Assembly (NCBI RefSeq): GCF_000341395.1
Contig: NC_020304.1
Coordinates: forward strand, 3,480,001 to 3,512,000
Reading direction: 5' to 3'
DNA: 32,000 bases
Source: Desulfocapsa sulfexigens DSM 10523
GTDB taxonomy: Bacteria; Desulfobacterota; Desulfobulbia; Desulfobulbales; Desulfocapsaceae
The notes below the pieces were generated by a model that did not search any database, was not told where the DNA came from, and saw only the letters and a program-made list of their open reading frames with translations. Shown piece after piece: positions 17,889 to 27,666 of this stretch (positions within the stretch are counted from its first letter, which is position 1; each line of letters begins with the position of its first letter). Position numbers and translations under genes: made by a program.

Positions 17889-18972
17889 TCTGCTGTACCG
17901 TTCCAACCCCGCCATTGTCTCTGACAAAAATACCAGTTGATTGAACTTCGCCCAACATCGCATTCCTGGCATCCGTCAATGTAAACAGTGTTGATGCTGC
18001 CCCTAGGTAGATAGCTCCTATACCTTTTTCGCCAAGGGCAAAAAGGGTATCATTCCCATCACTATCCTTTGTCCAAACACGTAGCTTATTATAAATATTG
18101 TCATTTTCATCTATCCAATTATTCCCATCACCGTCATAGGCTGCCAGGTCACGAAAACCATTGCCGCTTTCGGGGCCAAATAGTTCCGACCCATTGTTAA
18201 TCCTGCCATCTTCGTTACCATCAAGAGCGAGAAATCCACTCCCGGGTTTTAAAAATGAAATCTGATTTGTGGTCCCGTCATTATCAATATCGAAGGAAAA
18301 TTGAGTATCGGTTAGTTCTGCAGCTTTTCCAGAAAAATTGATAACAAGAGGGTCTTTAAGGGCATCCCCTGCTCTGATAGTAACTCGTTCTTCGCTGAAA
18401 AATTCACGACTCATATTGAGATCAACAGTAAATTGGATTTCTTCACCATCTTCGCTAAGAATGATCCCTTTCGCTGAAAATCCTGTAGATTCTTTTTCAT
18501 AATAGGATTCATAGGATTCATATATAAGACCACCCTGGGATGGGGGCTCAACTCTGGCTGACGCATTACCGTCGTGGGCAGAATCGTATTCAGGTGAAGG
18601 TTGTTTGTTGTTTGCCTGTAGATATCCTTGGGAAGAAAGACGAATCCGTTTCCCTGTGAACCGTTCAACCATGGCCCGCAGAATCCGAATATTTAAATCA
18701 ACCATTACTTCACTTTCTTCAGCTGATGGCTCTGTGACTGCATTAATGGGTTGGCTTCTAAGCGCCTGGGCTGAAAGACTCACTTGTGTAGATTCATTGA
18801 GGGATGAGATATGTTTCTGAATATCTATCATCTGTCCTTGGCCGTTATTAGTAGCTATGGCAGGACGTTTTTCCTCACCAGCTTTCCATACAATAAGTGT
18901 TTCTTTTTTTTGGTGATTTTCGACAAGAGATCTTTCAGAATTGAACAGGACTGCTGATTCGGCAATTTTCAT
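17872..18972 (-). CDS. Calcium-binding-repeat (DxDxDG-type) protein of unknown function
   Basis: The C-terminal half carries repeated Ca-loop-like motifs: DIDNDGTTN, DGNEDGRINNGSELFG, DGDGNNWIDENDNIY and DSDGNDTLF. A strong SD is present (aaggagggcctgccATG). No signal peptide is evident. Confidence 0.6.
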   Translation of the reverse strand: MKIAESAVLFNSERSLVENHQKKETLIVWKAGEEKRPAIATNNGQGQMIDIQKHISSLNESTQVSLSAQALRSQPINAVTEPSAEESEVMVDLNIRILRAMVERFTGKRIRLSSQGYLQANNKQPSPEYDSAHDGNASARVEPPSQGGLIYESYESYYEKESTGFSAKGIILSEDGEEIQFTVDLNMSREFFSEERVTIRAGDALKDPLVINFSGKAAELTDTQFSFDIDNDGTTNQISFLKPGSGFLALDGNEDGRINNGSELFGPESGNGFRDLAAYDGDGNNWIDENDNIYNKLRVWTKDSDGNDTLFALGEKGIGAIYLGAASTLFTLTDARNAMLGEVQSTGIFVRDNGGVGTVQQINLVA

Positions 18973-19059
18973 GGCAGGCCCTCCTTGGCATACATGAAAA
19001 AATGAAGACTAGGTGACATGATCGTCCCTGACCAGGGCACCAACAATTGTGTATCCACT

Positions 19060-19086
19060 ATATCGGCAACAGATCACAAAAAATTA
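19060..19086 (-). promoter_or_regulatory. Sigma-28 (FliA)-like promoter, TAAT-N15-GCCGATAT, about 90 nt upstream of the 18972 start codon
   Basis: The minus strand reads TAAT (19086-19083), then 15 nt, then GCCGATAT (19067-19060). The commonly cited consensus is TAAA-N15-GCCGATAA, giving 3/4 and 7/8 matches. Confidence 0.35.
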
Positions 19087-19227
19087 AGGGAAATAATCAG
19101 ATTTATAATTATATACAATGACTATTGTTAAATGATATCCTGTACGGTATCCTTATTTTGGTATTTCAGAAAAGTAATACAGCATGACAATACAAACTAT
19201 CTAAAAATTACAGACTCCCATTAGTGT

Positions 19228-19587
19228 ATGAACTCATTCACAGAAAAAAGAGACACAACTCGCCTGCTCATTGAAACTGAGGTTATACTTCTAGACCAGA
19301 AACAAGAAAAGATTATAGGAAAAATTCTAAATTTGAGTGCCAGCGGTGCGCTTATAGCCATAGAAGATGACCTTACAATTGGAAGAAAGTATGATGTGTC
19401 TATAAAATTGCAGGGTGACACAAGTAATTTGTTTATAGAAAATCTTGTTGCCACCGTTGTCCGTAACGAACCCTGTTGTGTTGCTGTGAAATTTTCTGAC
19501 CCCATGGAATGGCTTACAATATTCTACATCTATAAACAAAAACTCAAGGTCTTTAAAAATGGCCAATTGATAATAACCGACGAATAA
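19228..19587 (+). CDS. Stand-alone PilZ domain protein (putative c-di-GMP receptor)
   Basis: The 119-aa protein has KRDTTR (RxxxR) near the N-terminus and NLSASG (D/NxSxxG). No obvious SD precedes ATG 19228. Confidence 0.72.
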   Translation: MNSFTEKRDTTRLLIETEVILLDQKQEKIIGKILNLSASGALIAIEDDLTIGRKYDVSIKLQGDTSNLFIENLVATVVRNEPCCVAVKFSDPMEWLTIFYIYKQKLKVFKNGQLIITDE

Positions 19588-19610
19588 CCTTTTTCCTATG
19601 CTGAAACGAC

Positions 19611-19647
19611 AAAAGCCCTGTGTCTTACTCAAGACACAGGGCTTTTT
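19611..19647. terminator. Bidirectional Rho-independent terminator shared by the PilZ gene (+) and the acs-fdhA-hdrA-mvhD operon (-)
   Basis: AAAAGCCCTGTGTCTT (19611-26), loop ACTC and AAGACACAGGGCTTTT (19631-46) plus a further T form a 12-bp G/C-containing core flanked by A4 upstream and T5 downstream. It lies between the convergent stops at 19587 and 19667. Confidence 0.85.
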
Positions 19648-19666
19648 ATGTTTATAAAAAATTGTT

Positions 19667-20269
19667 TTATTCGCTGAGTGAGGCCAGAGATTTTTCCATC
19701 TTGGTGTTTATTATTCCATTGATATGCTCAACGGTCCAGATTCCATCTTTTCGCACCGCCTTAGTGGCATTTCCAAAACTGATACGAACCTTCTGACTCG
19801 ATACCGCATCAAGTGCTTTTTTGATTCGTTCCTGAACTTTGTCCTTTGTAAGCCCTTCAGCCTCACCAATAGGACCAAGTTCTCTCATGGTCTCGGTAAA
19901 TCCAGTGATATGTTTTACAAACAGAGGTGCTTCAGCAGCCGAAGCCCATTGAAGACTGAAACGCTCCTCCTTAATTCCAACATCTCTGAGTACTTTTTTA
20001 ACAAGTGCATCAACTCCCATCGCATCATAATTACCTACCTGGTAATGACATTCGCCAAGTTGTCAGCCGCCGGTAAAGATAGCGTCGGCTCCTTCAAGGA
20101 AGCCTTTTAACACAAATGATGGGTCAACCCTACCAGTACACATAACGCGAACAGTGCGCAGGTTTGGCGGGTACTGGAAGCGCGAAACCCCTGCTGCATC
20201 GGCGGCTGCATAACAGCACCAGTTGCAGAGGAACCCAAGAATTTTCGGGTTGAATGAATTTTCGGACAT
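19667..20269 (-). CDS. mvhD: MvhD/FlpD-like (methyl-viologen-reducing hydrogenase delta subunit family) selenoprotein, U69 encoded by TGA at 20063-20065; 200 aa with a C-terminal extension
   Basis: Track ORFs 20063..20269 and 19667..20020 share a frame. Reading through the stop gives ...KILGFLCNWCCYAAADAAGVSRFQYPPNLRTVRVMCTGRVDPSFVLKGFLEGADAIFTGG-U-QLGECHYQVGNYDAMGVDALVKKVL..., which is collinear with the MvhD pattern AGCHxGDCHYxxGN. U therefore replaces the first Cys. GGAG lies upstream of the ATG. Confidence 0.85.
20030..20046 (-). promoter_or_regulatory. SECIS-like hairpin for mvhD (stem AUUACC/GGUAAU, loop AGGUA), 16 nt after the UGA
   Basis: The minus strand reads ATTACC (20046-41), AGGTA (20040-36) and GGTAAT (20035-30). 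Confidence 0.5.
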
Positions 20270-20318
20270 ATTTTTTCTCCGTATATTACTCTTTTTACGT
20301 ATCTCTATGAATGAGGAA

Positions 20319-23300
20319 TCAAGCTTCTACTTTTTCATCGGTTATTTTATTTCCAAAGGCTTCTATTTGAGAAATCAACTGCTCATTAGTGAAGCCACCC
20401 ATGGAAATAGCAAAAGTTGGGCAATGTGAAGCACAAATTCCACAAGCCTTACAGGAAGCTGAAATGGTTCTTGCTTTACGCTTTTTCCCGACTTTTTCCA
20501 TTATAATTGCGCCATAGGGGCAGAGACTGCTACAAAGGCCACAACCGATACAGTTATCCTGTTCAACACTGGAAACAATCGGATCAACGGTGACAAACCC
20601 CTTAACAAGGGGCATAGCTGCCTTTGCTGCAGCAGCCTGCGCCTGGACAATTGTTTCCTCAACAGGTTTCGGAGCATGGGCGAGTCCGCATATATAGATA
20701 CCGTCAACTGCGGCCTCTACGGGGCGAAGCTTCACATGGGCCTCAAGGAAAAATCCATTGGCATTGACCGGGAGCTTGAGCATCTTGGAAAGCTCATCAG
20801 TTCCATCCGGTACAATTCCTACGGACAAAGTTACCAAATCCGGGTTCATACTTACTTCTTCCTGCATGATAGAATCAAAGAAGTCAACCTGTACTTTGGT
20901 ACCTTTTGAGCTCACAACAGGCCTTCGGTCAGTCTCATAGGGAATAAAAACAACACCCTTCTTTCTCGCCTCAAGGTAAGCATCTTCTGCAAAACCATAG
21001 GTCCGGATATCACGATAAAGAACAATAATCTGGGAGTCAGGATTAATTTCCTTAATCTTCAGAATATTTTTCATCGCATGATTACAGCACACCTTGGAAC
21101 AATAGTTAAGATCCTCACCCCGGGACCCGGCACACTGGATCATCACAATAGAGTTAGGCGCGCGATTCTTAGTTCGTCCGGCAAGCTTCGCTTCAAGCTC
21201 CTGCTGTGTAACAACCTTTTTTGATTTGCCAAGCTCATATAAATCAGGACGGTGCTCGTGGCCACCGGTTGCCACCACTATAACACCGTGGTCATAAACG
21301 GTTTCTTTCTTGTTTTTACCTTTTCCGCTTTCGATCACAGAATTAAAGTTACCGATAAATCCAGATGTCTGGGCGAGGGATCCATCGGTAATAACGGTAA
21401 TCTTTGCTGATTTCTGAACCTTTGCGGTAAGTGTTTTCAAAAAAGTTCCAACCGTATCTCCTGCGAGAGTATTTTTCAGATTCTTTAAATTACCACCAAT
21501 GGAAGGTGATTTCTCAACAAGAATCGACTCAAAGCCCTGATCGGCAAGAGACAATGCAGCAGTCATACCAGCTATTCCACCACCAATGACAAGGGCTTTA
21601 GGGGTAACTGGAACTGTCTGTTCTGGAAGTGGTTGAATATGTGCAGCCTTTGAAACAGCCATACGAACCAGGTCCTTGGACTTTTGTGTCGCAGCTTCAG
21701 GCTCATTGGCGTGTACCCAGGAACATTGATCCCTAATATTCACCATCTCAAAGAGGTTTCTATTCAATCCTGCATCCTTTAACGTCTCCTGAAAAAGTGG
21801 TTCATGTGTTCTTGGAGAACAGGCTGCAATGACAACCCTGTTTAATTTCTGATCTTTGATTGTTTTCTTGATCTGTTCCTGAGCATCCTGAGAGCAGGAG
21901 TAGAGGTTTTCTGTGTAGTAGGCGACATTATCCATTGTCCCGGCATTATCAGCGACATCCGGACAATCGACTACGGAGCTGATATTGATACCACAGTGAC
22001 AAACAAAGACGCCAATCCGTACTTCATCCTCATCTGTTACAGAGAGTTCGCTGGGATATTCCTTGATAATTGTTCCCTTACCTCTCTGTTTTTTCAGGAT
22101 ACTTGCAGCAAGCGCTGCAGCACCGGATGACTGGGTTGCTGACTCTGGAATATCCTTGGGCCCCTGAAATGCACCGGCAACTACAATACCATCCTGAGAA
22201 GTCTGCAGGGGGGTAAAGGAGTTTGTTTTACAAAAATCATATTTATTGAGTTCTATTTTGGTTATATCTGAGATCTTCTGGGCGTCCTTGGGTGACTCAA
22301 GACCGACAGAGAGAACAACCATATCATGGGCATCAAATTTGTGTTGACCATCCAGAGTAGAGTAGGTAAGTCTCAGATGATTCTCCCACGGAGTAACATC
22401 GGCAACTTTTGCACGGACAAACTTAATTCCAATGGCCTCAGCCCGCTCACGAGCTGCATCAAAATCTTTTCCCTGGGTACGGATATCCATGTAGTAGATG
22501 GTAATATCCACCTCGGGATCATGTTCTTTTGTTACAAGGGCTTCCTTAATTGCATACATGCAACAGACAGAAGAGCAGTAGCCATTGTCGCAGCCAAGAT
22601 CCCTTGATCCGACACACTGAATGAATGCCATGGATTTAGGATGACGACCATCGGAGAAACATTTAATCTCACCAAGGAACGGCCCTGAAGCAGTGGTCAT
22701 CCGCTCATACTCATAAGCGGTGACAACGTCTGGATGTTTTCCGTAACTGAATTTTTCAAGAGTTTCATCAGCAATCTTACCAAAACCAGGTGATAGAATG
22801 ACAGCTCCAATCTTGAGGTCCCGTGACTCTGGTTTCTGGCTGAAATTAATTGCATGACTCTGACAGACGGGAACACAGATCTGACAGGTATCATATTGAA
22901 TATGCATGCAGGATGCAGGATCAATATAATAGGTTGCGGGGACAGCCTGTGCATAATCGATATGAATTGGCCTGGTAATGGACAATCCTTCATTATATGC
23001 ATCTGCATGATGCTTTGGACAATACTGGGTGCATAAACCACAGGCAGTACAGGCATCAGCATCAATATAGCGCGGCCGTATGTTCAGCTTTGCTGTAAAA
23101 TTCCCTGGTTTTCCCTCCAATGCAAGAAAGTCAGCATTGGTGATCATTTCAATGTTTGGAGACCGACCGGCCTCTACCAGCTTTGGCGCCAGGATTCAGA
23201 GTGAACAATCATTGGTCGGAAAGGTCTTGTCAAGTTGGGCCATCACACCACCAACAGCTGGTGCTTTTTCGACCAGATAGACATAATAACCAAGGTCGGT

Positions 23301-23384
23301 CATATCAAGAGCAGCCTGGATACCGGCAATTCCCCCGCCGAGTATCATTACAGCTCCTTCCCTCTGTGTTATCGCTTTTCCCAT
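20319..23384 (-). CDS. hdrA: Heterodisulfide reductase subunit A-like flavoprotein (tandem or duplicated HdrA architecture, 1021 aa), selenoprotein with U63 encoded by TGA at 23196-23198
   Basis: Track ORFs 23196..23387 and 20319..23147 share a frame. Read-through gives [14 protein letters not shown]...[35 protein letters not shown], matching the HdrA motif NDCSxCILAPK. A second Rossmann motif ([18 protein letters not shown]) and a second IQCxGSR block ([20 protein letters not shown] versus [22 protein letters not shown]) are present, along with several 4Fe-4S Cys motifs. ATG 23384 is preceded by GGAG; the track start 23387 is a GTG. Confidence 0.88.
23159..23174 (-). promoter_or_regulatory. 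SECIS-like hairpin for hdrA (stem GAGGCC/GGUCUC with one G.U pair, loop GGUC), 21 nt after the UGA
   Basis: The minus strand reads GAGGCC (23174-69), GGTC (23168-65) and GGTCTC (23164-59). Confidence 0.5.
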
Positions 23385-23484
23385 CACAATCTCCGGGCTA
23401 ATATTTTTTGTAATTATCTACTTACTTGTTCAACGCAGTTTTTCACCCTGCGAAAAGTACAAATCGTTTTTTTAACTCTCTTCC

Positions 23485-26400
23485 TCAGGCAACTTCAAGT
23501 TTTGTGATCTTGATAGCACAAACCTTGGCCTCGGGAATTTTACATTGTGGATCGAGTGCGTCATTAGTCAACAGATTGGCCGAGGCCTCCTTATAATGAA
23601 AAGGAATAAAAACCAACCCCTTATTAACTCGCTCTGTAATCCTTACAGCAATTTCAATTTCTCCACGTCGTGATGCAGCACGAACCATTTCATTATCAGT
23701 GAGATTCAGGGTAGCAGCATCTAAGGGATTCATTTCGATATAGGCAGATGGAGCAGAACTTTCCAGAACATCTGAACGTCTGGTCATCGTTCCCGTGTGG
23801 TACTGGTACAGAATTCTACCGGTTGTCAGGACAAGCGGATACTCTTCATCAGGATTTTCTGCAGGTCCATTCCAGGTAATGGCGGACAACCACGCCTTAC
23901 CAATCGGAAACCCAGTTTTGTGAAGAATTGGAGTTCCAGGGTGATCAGCTTCCGGACATGGCCAGGCAAGTGACTCTTTTTCAAGTCTTTCATAACTCAT
24001 TCCCGCCATGGCTACCCAGCACTTTGTTATTTCATCAAAGACTTCATTGGCAAAAGGTGGAACGGTATGAAATACAGGGTCACTGCTACCCTGATATCTT
24101 CCATTCTGATTCCCTAGTATCCTGTTACTTACCATATTAATTATTGAAAGATCGTCCCTGGCATCTCCAGGAGGAGGTACGGCGCGCCGAACACGCTGAA
24201 CCTTTCTTTCAGTATTTGCAAACGTTCCATCTTTCTCAGCGAAGGAGGCAGCTGGTAGGACAACGTCTGCAATTTCAGCAGTTTCAGTGAGGAAAATATC
24301 CTGAACAACCAGGCATTCGAGTTTCTCAAAGGCCTTTTTCGCATGACTACTATTGGGATCGCTGAGAACAGGATTTTCACCCATAATCCACAATCCGGCA
24401 ACTTTCCCCTGAAGCATTGCATCACCCATTTCTGTCGCCATAAGACCTGGCTTATTCGTAATTGGGCTTTGCCATATTTCTGAAAACTTTGTACAGGCAG
24501 CTTCGTCATCACAACGTTGATAACCAGGGAAAAACGTTGGAACACAACCCATATCACTGGCCCCCTGAACATTATTCTGGCCACGAAGTGGATTAAGTCC
24601 TGCACCTTCTTTGCCAAGATTTCCTGTTATCACTGCAAGGTTCGCGAGTGAACATACATTATCAGTACCTGAGGTGTGCTGGGTAATACCCATGGTGTAG
24701 TAAATGCCGGCCTTATCAGCCTTCGCAAATGTATGTGCTACTTCCTCGATCAAGGTCACCGGTACATTGGTAATAGCTGCAGCCCATTCAGGGGTACAAT
24801 CAGCAATGGATTTTTTAAAAGCATCAAAATTCTCTGCACGCTCTTCAATGTATTTTTTATCCTCAAGACCGTCACGAAGAATGACATGACACAAAGCATT
24901 AATCAACGCACCATCGGTTCCAGGTTTCTGCTGTACCCAGTGATCTGCTGAGTCACACAATTTAATACGGCGGGGATCCGCAACAATGAGTTTAGAACCG
25001 TTCTTTGCAGCCTCAAGCATGCGTAAGCCGATAATAGGATGTGTCTCTGTTGTGTTGGATCCAATAACCAGCATCACATCACTATCGAGAATACCGTTAA
25101 TGGTGTTAGTCATTGCGCCTGAACCAAGTACTGTGACCAGACCGGTCACCGTTGGGCTGTGTCAGTATCTGGCACAATGGTCAACGTTATTTGTCCCTAT
25201 TCCAGCTCGGAAAAACTTCTGAAAGGCGTAGTTTTCTTCAGTGGTACATCGGGCTGAAGAGAGTCCGGCAAGAGCATCAGGCCCTTTTTCACCGAGAATA
25301 CGGGAAAAGGCTTGGCCCATAAAATCCAGGGCCTCATCCCACTTCACCGGTTCGAGTGGCATCCCCTTCTGTCTGCGAATAAGAGGTGTCTTTAATCGAT
25401 CTGGATGTTGGATAAAATTATGGCCAAATCGTCCTTTAACACAGAGATCACCAAAATTAGGTCCAATCTCAGGATCAGCAGTCACCTCCATGACGGTGTG
25501 ACCTTTCACCTTGAGGATCATTTGACATCCGGTTCCACAATAGGGACAGGTAGTTCTGACCTCTCGAACATCTTCCGCCTGAATAGGCACAATACGATTC
25601 TTTTTATTCAGGGCCCCGGTGGAACAATTCTCAACACATTTACCACAGGAGACGCAATTTTCCTTAAAATCGATAACAAGGCCTACTGGTCTGCCTTTTT
25701 CATCGACAGATTCAGCACGTACTTCAAGTGCGTCATATTCACACGATCGTTCACAACGACCACAGAAAATGCACTTATTTGGGTCGACAGTGATTGCGCG
25801 ATGACTGGTATCAACGGGATAAACAGGTACTGTACCCATTCCGGTTTTATTGATATTGACATTCAGTTCGATATCGAGGCGTTTCAGATCACAACGTTCA
25901 AAGGCGGTGCAGCCACACTTAAGACAACGATCAGCTTCACGTCTTGCCATTTTTTCGGTGAATCCAAGTTTGACTTCATCGTAATCCTGGGTGGAAACTT
26001 CAGGCGGGCGTTCGGGCATTTTCTCACGAAGATTGATTGCAATTTCATCAAAATTCTTGAGGGAGACATCATCAAAGGATTTTCCCCGGGTAAAATTGAA
26101 CCGGTTATCTGCTGGATCCTTTTCACAATTCATCACATAGGCATTGATATTATTGGCAGCCCTTCTTGCAGAAACAACGGCCTGAATAACAGATTTAGAA
26201 CCATTTGCAGCATCACCGCCTGCAAAAACTCCATCAACACTGGTCTCTGAACTTCTGGGATTAGAAACAAACATTCCCGCGGGAGTGATTTTGAGCTGTT
26301 CTTCAAGTTCCCCACCGGAAATAATGCCATTTACTGCCATTTGACCAAGTGAAGAGACAACGGTGTCAACGCCTAAGGAATTGGTTGAGCCAGGTATGGG

Positions 26401-27657
26401 CAGGATATCCCGTTTGCCCTTTTTGTCTGGTTCACCAAGTTTCATCCTGATAAGATCAAGTTTCAGCCGATTGTTTTCATCTGGAACAGCACAAAGCCCA
26501 GAAGGTGAAGCCATAAGAAGAAACTGGACGCCTTCGTTCTCTGCTTCCTTCACATTACGCTGGTTGGCTGGCATCTCAAGGCGAGCCCTAGGGTATACTA
26601 TTGTTACCTGTTCAACACCCTCACGAAGCAGCGACCTAGCTACTTCCATGGCGATGTTATTGCCTCCGATTACTGCGGCAGTGCGACCAAGATCGAGTTT
26701 TCTGCCTTCATTGATCATGCGGAGAAAACTGGTGGCTGTGTAGACATTCTCCTTGTCGGTACAGGGTACGTCAAAGGGAACATCAATGGTTGCACCGATC
26801 CCAATAAAAGTGGCATCAAACCCCATATCTTTGAGGTCCTGCAGGGTGAAATCTTTCCCCCATTTCTGCGACAGCCGAATATTGATTCCCATGCGCAGAA
26901 TAGCGTTGACTTCATAATCAACAATCTCTTTGGGAATCTTGTAATCAGGAAAGCCATAACGAAGTGCGCCGCCAAGTTTAGGGGCAGCTTCAAAGATGGT
27001 AACCTCATGACCTTTTCGGGTCAGGAACCATGCCGCTGTGAGACCAGCTGGGCCTCCACCGATAACTGCGATACGCTTACCGGTTGGTTTATCTTTTGGA
27101 ATTTTCAGATCAATCTCATGACTCATGCACCAGTCGGCAACAAAACGTTTCAAATGATTGATGGATACTGGTTCGTCAATGAGAAGCCGGCGACAGCGGG
27201 TTTCGCAAAAACGGGGACAGACACGGCCAACGGAAAATGGAACAGGATTGCGCTCCATGACAACACGCAAGGCCTCCTCGTATTCTCCTTTTGAAACATG
27301 AGCAATATACGCCTGAACATTGATCTGACCGGGACAAGTGAGATTACATGGAGCCTTGCAATCACCGAAATGCGTCTCGGAGATGATGGCAAGTCGATCC
27401 TGTCTGTGGCTAAAAACCTCCTCAGATTCAGTTTGTATATTCATTCCGTCACGAGCAAGAGTAACACAGGAACGCATTAAATCTTCCTGTCCTTCCACTT
27501 CCACCACGCAGATCTCACATGGGTTAGTAGAAGGTTTTCCTTTCACATGACAGAGAGTTGGGATTCTGATATCAGATCTTTTAGCAACTTCAAGGATGGT
27601 AAGGCCTTCCTCTGCTACTATCTCATTGCCGTTTATAGTCAGTGTAACAGTGCTCAT
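23485..27657 (-). CDS. fdhA: Selenocysteine-containing formate dehydrogenase alpha subunit fused to N-terminal 2Fe-2S, GltD-like NAD(P)H/FAD and 4Fe-4S ferredoxin modules (1390 aa; U832 encoded by TGA at 25162-25164)
   Basis: Track ORFs 25162..27657 and 23485..25149 share a frame. Read-through gives [31 protein letters not shown], the FdhA Sec motif. The N-terminus has a NuoG-type 2Fe-2S domain (CHVKG..CEICVVEV..C). It is followed by a glutamate-synthase-small-subunit-like region (GRVCPRFCETRC, IAVIGGGPAGLTAAWFL, AVIGGNNIAMEVA, GVFAGGDA) and by CIFCGRCERSC, CVSCGKCVENC and TCPYCGTGC. The remainder is a molybdopterin oxidoreductase body and C-terminal barrel. Confidence 0.92.
25133..25149 (-). 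promoter_or_regulatory. SECIS hairpin for fdhA (stem GUGACC/GGUCAC, loop GGUCU), 12 nt after the UGA
   Basis: The minus strand reads GTGACC (25149-44), GGTCT (25143-39) and GGTCAC (25138-33). Flanking CCAA...UUGG could add a lower stem. The element closely resembles my recollection of the E. coli fdhF SECIS apex. Confidence 0.75.
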
Positions 27658-27666
27658 GAATTCCTA

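Noticed and set aside
19101-19125. AT-rich palindrome TATAATTATA in the intergenic region upstream of the PilZ gene
   Set aside because: It is short and made only of A/T in an AT-rich spacer, which is expected by chance. It may simply be -10-like sequence.
18990-19180. Sigma-54-type TGGCAT/TGGTAT strings (for example ttggcatacatgaaaaa, ttggtatttcagaaaag)
   Set aside because: Neither has the TTGC element at the required N5 spacing, so these are chance GG dinucleotide contexts.
23196-23387. 63-aa ORF as an independent small flavoprotein gene (the same applies to 20063..20269 and 25162..27657 as complete genes)
   Set aside because: Each ends at a TGA, and the sequence continues in frame into the next ORF with uninterrupted family-collinear sequence. 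They are the 5' parts of selenoprotein genes.
25405-26250. 281-aa plus-strand ORF
   Set aside because: It is antisense to the fdhA fusion gene and has no motifs or RBS. It is a shadow ORF.
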